This document shows positions 9,417 through 17,573 of a DNA stretch of 48,156 nucleotides, piece by piece. The translations under genes and the position numbers were made by a program. The stretch spans positions 1 to 48,156 of the IMG/VR virus record IMGVR_UViG_3300020045_001961; one strand, given 5' to 3'. How positions within the stretch are numbered: the stretch's first letter is position 1; each line of letters begins with the position of its first letter. This DNA is from a virus (lineage: Duplodnaviria; Caudoviricetes). The notes beneath the pieces were generated by a model that saw only the letters and a list, made by a program, of their open reading frames with translations, had not been told where the DNA came from and did not search any database.

Positions 9417-10427
9417 ATGACTCTGCCTCTTAATGCTGCAAGTGTGCATATTGACGTTGCACTGACCAATCTGACGATTGCTTTCTTGCAAGACGAAAAG
9501 AACTTTATTGCTGATCGCGTGTTCCCTCGCGTCCCGGTGGATAAGAAGTCTAACAAATACTACATCTATGACCGTTCACACTTTAACCGTGTTGATCAGG
9601 TTAAGAAGCGCTCGGCTGGCACTCAAGCCAACACCATTGGTATGCAGGTTTCGACCGATAGCTACTTTACCGATGTGTTTGGTTTGGCTATGGACTTCGA
9701 CTTTGAAACCTTAGCTAACGAAGATGCCGCTCTGAATGTACGTTCGGCTGGTGCCCAAGTCCTTACCCACCAACTGCTTATTGACCGTGAAATCCGTTGG
9801 GCTGACACGTACTTTAAAGCTGGTGTCTGGGGTACTGATTTGACTGGTGTTGCTGGTGTACCCGGCGCTAACCAAGTCAAACAGTGGTCCTCGTATGTAG
9901 ACTCTACGCCTATTGTAGACATTACCAATGCTCGTAGAGCAATGCAACTTAAGTCGGGCGGTTTTAAACCCAACGTGATGGTTGTTGGTAAAGAAACCCG
10001 TGATGTTCTGGTTAACCACCCTAATATCTTGGAACGACTGAATGGTGGGGCCACGGTTACTAATACCGCTCTTATCACTGACGCTAAACTGGCAGAAATC
10101 TTTGAAGTCGAAGAGTTCTTGGTTATGGAGTCGGTTAAGAACACTGGTCTGGAAGGTTTGGCTGAAACCAACGTCTTTATTGGTGGTAAATCGGCTGCTC
10201 TCTATTACCGTCCTCGCACCGCTGGCCTGATGGTTCCTTCTGCTGGTTATATCTTCACTTGGGATGATCTGCAAAATGCTTCGGGTTATGGTCTGAGCAT
10301 CCGTTCGTATACTGGTGACTTCCTGAACGTGAACGGCATTGCCGAAAAGATTGAAGCAAACTTGGCTTACGACCAAAAAGTTGTTTCGACCGATCTGGGT
10401 GTGTTCTTCGCAACTATCGTAGCTTAA
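9417..10427 (+). CDS. Major capsid protein (HK97 fold)
   Basis: HIDVALTNL...FIADRVFPRVPV, KPNVMVVG motifs; position; optimised codon usage. Confidence 0.9.
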   Translation: MTLPLNAASVHIDVALTNLTIAFLQDEKNFIADRVFPRVPVDKKSNKYYIYDRSHFNRVDQVKKRSAGTQANTIGMQVSTDSYFTDVFGLAMDFDFETLANEDAALNVRSAGAQVLTHQLLIDREIRWADTYFKAGVWGTDLTGVAGVPGANQVKQWSSYVDSTPIVDITNARRAMQLKSGGFKPNVMVVGKETRDVLVNHPNILERLNGGATVTNTALITDAKLAEIFEVEEFLVMESVKNTGLEGLAETNVFIGGKSAALYYRPRTAGLMVPSAGYIFTWDDLQNASGYGLSIRSYTGDFLNVNGIAEKIEANLAYDQKVVSTDLGVFFATIVA

Positions 10428-10444
10428 TTAGAAAGGGTGGAATA

Positions 10445-10843
10445 ATGACCCGATACGTTAAACCACCTTTCCAATTTGATCGCCCCTTGTATTGCAAACA
10501 ACCACAGCAATTCAGGGGGCGCACCTATCAAGCGGGTGCTGTATTTAAGTGGAAAGAAATGAGTGTTGATCCTAAGATTGTTCAAGTTATGTACGTGAAT
10601 GATCAGTTTTATCACTCTGATGAGAAAGACCTAGAGCGTAAACCTAAAGTCGTAGGTGACGGTTTAGAAGAACTGGATATTGAAAGTCTTAACGCTCTTG
10701 TTAACACTATTAATGCTAAGGTTGCAGAAGCAACAAAGAATGAAGCAGATTATCTTAAAAAGAAGTGCAAGTTCTCTAGGCTCAAAGACAAGCAGATTGG
10801 TTTGATCCGCTTCTGGCGTACACAATATGGTAACATGGAATAA
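10445..10843 (+). CDS. Hypothetical head-associated protein
   Basis: ORF with SD between capsid and head-tail adaptor genes. Confidence 0.6.
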   Translation: MTRYVKPPFQFDRPLYCKQPQQFRGRTYQAGAVFKWKEMSVDPKIVQVMYVNDQFYHSDEKDLERKPKVVGDGLEELDIESLNALVNTINAKVAEATKNEADYLKKKCKFSRLKDKQIGLIRFWRTQYGNME

Positions 10844-10854
10844 GGTAATAAATT

Positions 10855-11313
10855 ATGGCATGGACCTATGACCCTACCACACTAGATACAACCTCTACTC
10901 TCGGTAGGCTTAATTCCGTGCGTCTGTTGGTTGGGGATACAGATAGTCTTGACCCTCAAATCCAAGATGAAGAAATTACTTTTTCTATTGCACAAAGCAG
11001 CACAAATATCTACAATGCTGCTGCTTTCGTATGTAGGCTTATCGCAGCTAAATACGCAAGACTTGTCACTACACAACTTGATGGTGCTTTGCAAGCAGAG
11101 TACAGCGACCGTGTTAAACACTATACAATGCTATCTCTACAGATGGCAGACTTTGGTAAAAGAGTTAGTGGTCGTGCGTTAGGTGTATCTGGTGGTGGTA
11201 TTTCCATTGCAGAAGTAGAGTCGGCACAGTCTAACCCAGACAGAGTTCCCTCCCAGTTTAAGGTTGATCAGTTTAGCCCCAACGGTAATAACTATATCCC
11301 AGAGGTGACTTAA
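10855..11313 (+). CDS. Head-tail adaptor
   Basis: WTYDP...VRLLVGDTD...QDEEI motif. Confidence 0.75.
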   Translation: MAWTYDPTTLDTTSTLGRLNSVRLLVGDTDSLDPQIQDEEITFSIAQSSTNIYNAAAFVCRLIAAKYARLVTTQLDGALQAEYSDRVKHYTMLSLQMADFGKRVSGRALGVSGGGISIAEVESAQSNPDRVPSQFKVDQFSPNGNNYIPEVT

Positions 11314-11672
11314 TGTTTGATCCCTATACCTTAAACACTCTGTTGAAAGACTTTGGGAAGGATATTATCTTACGAAGAGTAACTGATGGAGTTTATGATC
11401 CTGTCACGGGTACTGTCTCTAGAACTAACACTGACGTTGCTGTTAGAGCATATTTCTATAATGATGTTCCACAGACTGTAGAAGAAAGTCCTCTCACCCG
11501 AGGTACAAAGAGAGTCGTCTTAAAAGGTACTACTGTTGCTGGTGGAGTAACCCCAGAACCCTCTGTACAAGACCTTATCGTTAGTACAGGTGATGCCCAG
11601 TCTATCTCTAAAGTATCCCCTATCAATTCTAACACCTCTGTAGTTTGCTACATTCTCCACGTTAAGGAGTAA
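11313..11672 (+). CDS. Head closure protein
   Basis: FGKDIILRR...YDPVTG motif; gene order. Confidence 0.7.
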   Translation: MFDPYTLNTLLKDFGKDIILRRVTDGVYDPVTGTVSRTNTDVAVRAYFYNDVPQTVEESPLTRGTKRVVLKGTTVAGGVTPEPSVQDLIVSTGDAQSISKVSPINSNTSVVCYILHVKE

Positions 11673-11674
11673 TC

Positions 11675-12127
11675 ATGGTACAAGGCAGAGCCTCTGGCTT
11701 AAACTTTGGGTTAAGGGTAAAAGAACTTAGAGGGCAACTAACAGACTTCAAGAAAGAGGTTCTTAAAGAGATTGTCGTTGATATAGCAAACAGTTCTCCT
11801 GTCCTCTCTGGTAGGTATGTAGGTGCCCACAATGTAGAAGATGCTAGGTCTGCTGCTTACCAACTTACTGGAAATTATCTTAGTAGTGCCCCAAACTCCC
11901 CTAACCCAGATGCAGACAAAGCCGCAGCTAGATTAAGGATGATTGCACAAGTTGAGGCTCTCCCAGACGATTTTAACTACGCTTCTGTGAATAATAGAAT
12001 ACCTCATGCAGTAAATGTAGAGTATTCCGGTTGGGGTGGTAAACCCGCCTATGCAGTATATGCTACAGCCTTTTCAAGACGTGCTGCCCATATTGCCGCA
12101 GCTAAAGCCAAAGTAGGTTTAACATGA
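11675..12127 (+). CDS. Neck/tail completion protein (HK97 gp10-like)
   Basis: SPVLSGRY...NRIPHAVNVEY motifs. Confidence 0.7.
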   Translation: MVQGRASGLNFGLRVKELRGQLTDFKKEVLKEIVVDIANSSPVLSGRYVGAHNVEDARSAAYQLTGNYLSSAPNSPNPDADKAAARLRMIAQVEALPDDFNYASVNNRIPHAVNVEYSGWGGKPAYAVYATAFSRRAAHIAAAKAKVGLT

Positions 12128-12546
12128 CGATTATGAATGATATCCGAGCCTGTCTTGATACACACTTACTTGCTATGCCCGGTGTCCCTCAGATCGCCCA
12201 ACAGAACCTCAGATTTGACGCTACAACGGGTGTCCCCTATATTAGGGCAGACATGATACCTACACTACGTAGACCCGCTGTACGGGGCTTAAATCCACAG
12301 CAAAGGTATGATGGGTTATACAACCTGCTTATCTGTGTACCGGAGGGCTTAGGTTCTGGTGCTGGTTACGACATTGCAGATAATATTCTCTCTTGGTTCC
12401 AAGCAAACACAGATATTACGTACAACCTACCTCTGGGGGGTCAGTTGATCCTATCACTAGAGTTCTCAGAAGTCAGGACAAGTTTCCTTGACACACCTTT
12501 CTACTGCACCCCTGTGACAATCGCTTGGTATTGTTACTCCCAATAA
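12124..12546 (+). CDS. Tail terminator-like protein (DUF4128-like)
   Basis: Position before tail tube gene; PEGLGSG...AD...F and PVTIAW motifs. Confidence 0.7.
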   Translation: MTIMNDIRACLDTHLLAMPGVPQIAQQNLRFDATTGVPYIRADMIPTLRRPAVRGLNPQQRYDGLYNLLICVPEGLGSGAGYDIADNILSWFQANTDITYNLPLGGQLILSLEFSEVRTSFLDTPFYCTPVTIAWYCYSQ

Positions 12547-12597
12547 GCTAAAGCTACATTGTAGCAGATTTGTCTCAGACAAAAAAGGAAACTTTAT

Positions 12598-13521
12598 ATG
12601 CCTTTCTCTCAAGGTTCTCGCGCTGGTCTTTCGTATGTCCCAGAGGTAACTTACGGTGTTACTCCTGCCTCCCCCGCCCTAATCCAACTACCCTTCAAAT
12701 CACACTCTCTCAGTTTAACTAAAGAACGTGTTACTGGTGGTGATATTCTCCCTGACCGTATGGTTAGACATGATAGACACGGCAACCGTGCCGTAGCTGG
12801 TGATATCACTGTTGATCTTCGTAAGGGGGATTACGATGCCCTCCTTGAAAGTGCTATGATGGGTACTTTTGCTACTAACGTGCTTACTGTTGGTACTACC
12901 CTTAAGTCTTTCTCTATTGAAGATGCTGCTAACGATATCTCGCAGTTTAGGTTGTTTACTGGTTGTGCTGTATCTACTATGGCTATCTCCATTAAACCTA
13001 ATGCCATGGTTGAAGCTACTTTTGGCGTGGTTGGTAAAAACCTGACTCAAGCAGGTACTTCGGTTGACCCAGTAAAGACGGCTGCAAGTAACAACCAACC
13101 ATTTGATGCTTACTCAGGTCAATTCAGAATTGCGGATGCTGGTGGGACTCCTGTCGCTACCCCTATTGTAACCAGTTTTGACTTCACAGTCACTAACTCT
13201 CTTGCTCCTACCTATGTTATTGGTTCTAATAACACTCCGCAACTTGAGTATGGTATGGCCCAAGTCGAAGGCAACATTACCGCTTACTTTGAAGATGCCT
13301 TACTTCTTAACCGCTTCTTAAATGAAACTGAAACCCTCTTGGAAATCTTTGTTGATGATCCTACTGGTCTTAGTGAATACGGCTTCCGGTTTCCTAAAGT
13401 AAAGATCAATGCTGCTGATGTTCCTGTAGAGGGTCCAACTTCTCGTTTGATTACTCTACCTTTCGTAGCACTATACGATACCACTTTGAACACTAGTTTG
13501 CGTATTACTCGCGCCACCTAA
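12598..13521 (+). CDS. Major tail tube protein
   Basis: YVPEVTYGVTP, SFSIE, FTGCAV, LPFVALYD motifs of the Phage_tube_2 type. Confidence 0.85.
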   Translation: MPFSQGSRAGLSYVPEVTYGVTPASPALIQLPFKSHSLSLTKERVTGGDILPDRMVRHDRHGNRAVAGDITVDLRKGDYDALLESAMMGTFATNVLTVGTTLKSFSIEDAANDISQFRLFTGCAVSTMAISIKPNAMVEATFGVVGKNLTQAGTSVDPVKTAASNNQPFDAYSGQFRIADAGGTPVATPIVTSFDFTVTNSLAPTYVIGSNNTPQLEYGMAQVEGNITAYFEDALLLNRFLNETETLLEIFVDDPTGLSEYGFRFPKVKINAADVPVEGPTSRLITLPFVALYDTTLNTSLRITRAT

Positions 13522-13549
13522 ATATGGAATCCTCTTAAGTCAGAGGTAA

Positions 13550-13631
13550 GGGTGGTGGGCTTGTCGGGGGTTCACCACCCATTTTATTAAATGATCCCGA
13601 CACATAAATTAACCCGATAGGATACCCGACT
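13550..13631 (+). promoter_or_regulatory. 11-bp hairpin with TTGTCGGGG loop followed by three CCCGAY copies (terminator/pseudoknot)
   Basis: Stem 13550-13560/13570-13580; CCCGACA 13596, CCCGATA 13613, CCCGACT 13625. Confidence 0.6.
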
Positions 13632-14033
13632 ATGACCGACCTTTCCCAACTTGTCCCTATGGATACCTTTCCTGTAGAGATTAAACACCCTGTCACTGGT
13701 GAAGCAATGCTTACCTCTGCTGGTGAACCACAAACCATTACTGTGTATGGACCCTACTCAGAGAAGTTTAAAGAAGTTGCTCATGCACAAGCTAAGGCCC
13801 GTATGAGCAAGATCGCTAAGTCTAAAGGTAAGAATGAAATGTCTGTTGCAGACATGAATGAGTATTCTCTTCAAGTTCTTGCCGCTACCACCTACGATTG
13901 GAATCTTGAATGGTCTGGTGCCCCTCTGGAATACTCCGAGGCTAAGGCTAAAGAAATCTACGCTAAACTTCCTTGGTTGATTGATCAAGTCAGGGTCGCA
14001 CAAGACGATGTTACCAATTTTTTCGGGAAGTAA
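13632..14033 (+). CDS. Tail assembly chaperone (G)
   Basis: Between tube and tape measure genes; ends with slippery T TTT TTC. Confidence 0.85.
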   Translation: MTDLSQLVPMDTFPVEIKHPVTGEAMLTSAGEPQTITVYGPYSEKFKEVAHAQAKARMSKIAKSKGKNEMSVADMNEYSLQVLAATTYDWNLEWSGAPLEYSEAKAKEIYAKLPWLIDQVRVAQDDVTNFFGK

Positions 14034-14371
14034 TATCTCAACTTGAGGCTTATGCTGAGTGGGACTTTAAACTAGCTATACCTGATAAACAAGGTATTAC
14101 TGAAAGAGAACACCTAGAACAAGTTGAGAAGCAGGTTGGTATAACTCCTGTTGCCCTAGAGAAACCCCCATTTCCAGAAGATTTTATGTACCTCTGGGAA
14201 TGGTTCATCCAGTTAAGTAACACAAGGGGAGATGGTAGTTCTTCTATTACTTATACGGAGATTAAACATTGGTCTGAATTGACCAACAACCCAATAAACA
14301 GTTGGGAAGTAGACGTGATCAAGCGGCTAGATGCAGTTTACCTAAAGGTAGTAAGAAATGTCAGACATTAA
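14018..14371 (+). CDS. Tail assembly chaperone GT extension via -1 frameshift
   Basis: -1 frame is open from the heptamer at 14018-14024 (REVISQLEAYAEWDF...) through the 14186-14371 ORF. Confidence 0.8.
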   Translation, partial: FFREVISQLEAYAEWDFKLAIPDKQGITEREHLEQVEKQVGITPVALEKPPFPEDFMYLWEWFIQLSNTRGDGSSSITYTEIKHWSELTNNPINSWEVDVIKRLDAVYLKVVRNVRH

Positions 14372-16748
14372 CATTGGCGTTGACGCCTCTCAGGTGACTA
14401 AAGCTGAATCTGCTCTTGATGGGATGGAAGCTGCCTTTGGTAAACTTGTCGCTAAGATTATCAGAGAAGAGAAACAACTATCTGCTGCACTCAAGCGACC
14501 TTGGGAAACTCAATCTAAAGCCTTAGATGAAATACTCAAGAAGCAGGCAGAGAGTGCAGCCTCAGCTACCCGCGCTAACCAAACTATCGTAAACTCCTTA
14601 CTTGGAGTAACTAACCAGTATAAGTCTGCTGAACAAAGTGCAGAGGCTTTTGTTACTGTACTTAGGAACCAAGAAGCTGCTGCTAAAGCCTTTGGTTTGT
14701 CTGTTGCTGCTAATGCAGGTATTAATAAACCTGCTGCTACTCAAGGTGGTGCTGGCTTTGGTGCTTTAGAAGCAGAGATTGAAAGACTGTCTCAGAAGTA
14801 CAACACTATCTATGCTTCCTCCCAACTGTACGAGAGAAGTTTAAACGAACTGGAATCTGCCCACAGACTTGGTGTTATTGGTGTTAAGCAATACGAAGCT
14901 GCTGTGGAAAGCCTTAATGCAGAGTATGCAAATTTTAATGCAGGCACTGTTGGTGTAGGTAATAGATTTACCCAACTTACTAGCCAGATGGATGCTAGTC
15001 AAAAAGGTATTAAGAGTTTTCAGCTTTTTGTGCAACAAGCTGGTTTTCAAGTTGGTGACTTTGCTGTGCAGATTGCCTCTGGTCAGAGTGCTATTGTAGC
15101 CTTTACTCAACAAGCAACACAGTTGGCAGGTTTTATCCCCGGTATTGGTTATTGGGGTGCTATTGGCGGGGCTATCCTAGCCGTGGGCGGCGCTTTTGCC
15201 ACCTACTTTGTTAGAGCCGGAGAAGCTAAATCTGCAACAGATGGCTTGGTCAATTCTCAAAAAGAACTACTTGACCTTAGTAACCAACTCAGTTCTGATA
15301 TTGAACAGTTGAGATTTGGTGTTGATACAGCAGGCGAAGCCGCTGCACTACGTTCTATCTTTGATCTTCAAGAGCAATTAGCTGCTAAAAGACAAGAGTA
15401 CTATGCTACAGATAGCTTAGGTAGTCGGCAGAGATTAGCAGAAGAATCTTTAGTTATACAGTCTACCCTATCGGGTGAGCAAGCTGTGCTTGATGCTCTA
15501 TATAAAAAGATGGCTGTCTTAGAACAAATAAAAGAGTCTGAGCGTAGAAATGAAGTTCTACAATCTACCCTTGCCCAAGTGCAAGCAGTAGAACTTTCCT
15601 TGACTCTTATCTCTAGGACTGTTGATGAAACAGAAGCCTTGGCTCAAGCAGAGTACGAAATAGCTAGGGCCAAATTAGTTACACTGTCTCATTCTCGTGG
15701 GCAAACAGACGCTCAAAGACTTACTACTCAAGAGGCTATTCGTTTTCTTGATGAGACTAGAAAATCGACTCTACAATTAGAGTCTGCTAAGAGACAAGCA
15801 GCTAATCTTGCTAAAGCCCTAGAAGACGGTGTAGACTTCATAGGTCAGATTAAATCTATTGCTAACTCCATTAGCACTATAGATGTGTCTGTTAGGTTCC
15901 AAGCTGCCTTTAGTGGTTTCACTGGCGGGGCTGCTGAATGGGCTTCGGGTGTTTATGGTAACATGAAAGCTATCGCCGAAGGTGGCGATGTGATGTTTAA
16001 CTCACCAAGACCAAAGCCTGCACCAAGAGACATTGATTTTGGTTTACCGAGCGGAAGTTCCGGTGGTGGATCAGGGGGTGGTGGCGGTGGTTCTGACCCT
16101 AACGCAGGTAAACTAGAATCTCTTATTCAGGCACTACAAACTGAAAGAGAGACTATTGATATCTGGTACGAGGAAAGCCAAGCCTTACTCCAAGCATCCT
16201 CTGATGCTGAACTAGCTATCGTTGGTGGTAAGCAGGAGGCAATGCTGCGCCTTGAACAAGAGTTTCAAGAGAAACTAAAAGGTATCAAAGATACTGCTTC
16301 TAAATCTCAGCTAGAGACTGCTCTATCAGGTGGTGCTGAAATCTTAGGTGCCCTTGGTTCTTTCAACGATAAAGCCTTGAAAATCTCTAAAGCCTTTGCT
16401 GCTGCGGAAGCCTTAGTCTCTACTTACCAAGGTGCTGCTGCTGAACTCAAGAAAGGTACTTTTGGTTTTGCTAGTGCTGCTGCTGTTATCGCTAAAGGTA
16501 TCGGTTTTGTTGCTGCAATTAAAGGTATCAGTTCTGGTGGAACGTCTAGTGGTTCCGGGGGCGGAGGTTCTGGGGGTGCTAGTACCTCAACTATCGCTAA
16601 CGCTGCGCCAGCAACACCACAGACAGTCTACATTGACTCTATTGACCCAGAAGCCTTGTACTCTGGTGCAACTCTAGTCAATCTGTTTGATGCTTTCTAC
16701 GGTGAGAATGACCGTAGAGGTAAAGTCTTTGTGGTTGGTCGCGCTTAA
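14358..16748 (+). CDS. Tape measure protein
   Basis: Long Ala-rich helical protein; QQAGFQVGDFAVQIASGQS...QQ motif. Confidence 0.9.
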   Translation: MSDINIGVDASQVTKAESALDGMEAAFGKLVAKIIREEKQLSAALKRPWETQSKALDEILKKQAESAASATRANQTIVNSLLGVTNQYKSAEQSAEAFVTVLRNQEAAAKAFGLSVAANAGINKPAATQGGAGFGALEAEIERLSQKYNTIYASSQLYERSLNELESAHRLGVIGVKQYEAAVESLNAEYANFNAGTVGVGNRFTQLTSQMDASQKGIKSFQLFVQQAGFQVGDFAVQIASGQSAIVAFTQQATQLAGFIPGIGYWGAIGGAILAVGGAFATYFVRAGEAKSATDGLVNSQKELLDLSNQLSSDIEQLRFGVDTAGEAAALRSIFDLQEQLAAKRQEYYATDSLGSRQRLAEESLVIQSTLSGEQAVLDALYKKMAVLEQIKESERRNEVLQSTLAQVQAVELSLTLISRTVDETEALAQAEYEIARAKLVTLSHSRGQTDAQRLTTQEAIRFLDETRKSTLQLESAKRQAANLAKALEDGVDFIGQIKSIANSISTIDVSVRFQAAFSGFTGGAAEWASGVYGNMKAIAEGGDVMFNSPRPKPAPRDIDFGLPSGSSGGGSGGGGGGSDPNAGKLESLIQALQTERETIDIWYEESQALLQASSDAELAIVGGKQEAMLRLEQEFQEKLKGIKDTASKSQLETALSGGAEILGALGSFNDKALKISKAFAAAEALVSTYQGAAAELKKGTFGFASAAAVIAKGIGFVAAIKGISSGGTSSGSGGGGSGGASTSTIANAAPATPQTVYIDSIDPEALYSGATLVNLFDAFYGENDRRGKVFVVGRA

Positions 16749-16778
16749 AAATATTGTTCTGAAAGAGAAGAAAACCCG

Positions 16779-17573
16779 ATGATCTACATTAGAAATACTC
16801 CTACAGAACAAGATGCTCTTCCTACTATCCTGTACACCAATACTTTTGAACAGGGTACTATGACTGCCACTACAGAAGCGGTAGGTTATCCAAAAGAAAA
16901 CATTCTTACAGAGAATACTAATAAGGCTTGGAGACCTACCGTTATCCCTGCACGTATGACTGTAGATTTTGGTACTGCTGTCTCTGTAGATAGTTTTGCT
17001 ATCATTGGTCATAACTTAGGTACTGGTGGAAACACGGTTGCAGTTCAATCTTCCTCAGATGGGATTACTTGGACTACTCGTAGTACCTCTATGACTCCTA
17101 CAGATGATACAACTATCTTAGGTCTGTTTACTGCGTTATCTGAAAGATACTGGCGTCTTAACATTAGTGCTGGTGCTATACCTACTATCTCTAGGTTTAT
17201 CCTAACGACTAGGTTTAATCTCCCTGCTGGTGTTAAGGCCCCCTACAACCCTGTTTGGTTGTCTCAATCGTATGAACTACTAGTTTCTAATACTCTGGGG
17301 GGCCAGTTCCTTGGAAATAAAGTGTTCCGTCAAGGCGGTGAAACCGCTATCAATCTGGTGGCCCTACATAGAGCATACGCAGAGAGTGATTTACTTCCTT
17401 TCAGGGAACACTACAATTTAGGTAAAGCCTTTATCTGGGCTGCTGGACCAAGCATCTTCCCCAATGATGTGGGTTATGTTTGGAGAAAAGAAAACTCTAT
17501 AATGAAACCTACCTTTGATGTTGATGGTTTATTTATGAGTGTAGGTATGGAAGTTTACGCCTATGGCAAATAG
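16779..17573 (+). CDS. Distal tail-like protein
   Basis: Follows TMP; galactose-binding/F5-8-like segment (IIGHNL...RYWRL). Confidence 0.6.
   Translation: MIYIRNTPTEQDALPTILYTNTFEQGTMTATTEAVGYPKENILTENTNKAWRPTVIPARMTVDFGTAVSVDSFAIIGHNLGTGGNTVAVQSSSDGITWTTRSTSMTPTDDTTILGLFTALSERYWRLNISAGAIPTISRFILTTRFNLPAGVKAPYNPVWLSQSYELLVSNTLGGQFLGNKVFRQGGETAINLVALHRAYAESDLLPFREHYNLGKAFIWAAGPSIFPNDVGYVWRKENSIMKPTFDVDGLFMSVGMEVYAYGK

Noticed and set aside
16051-16580. GGT/GGC-rich repeats in the tape measure gene
   Set aside because: Explained by Gly/Ser linkers in the protein
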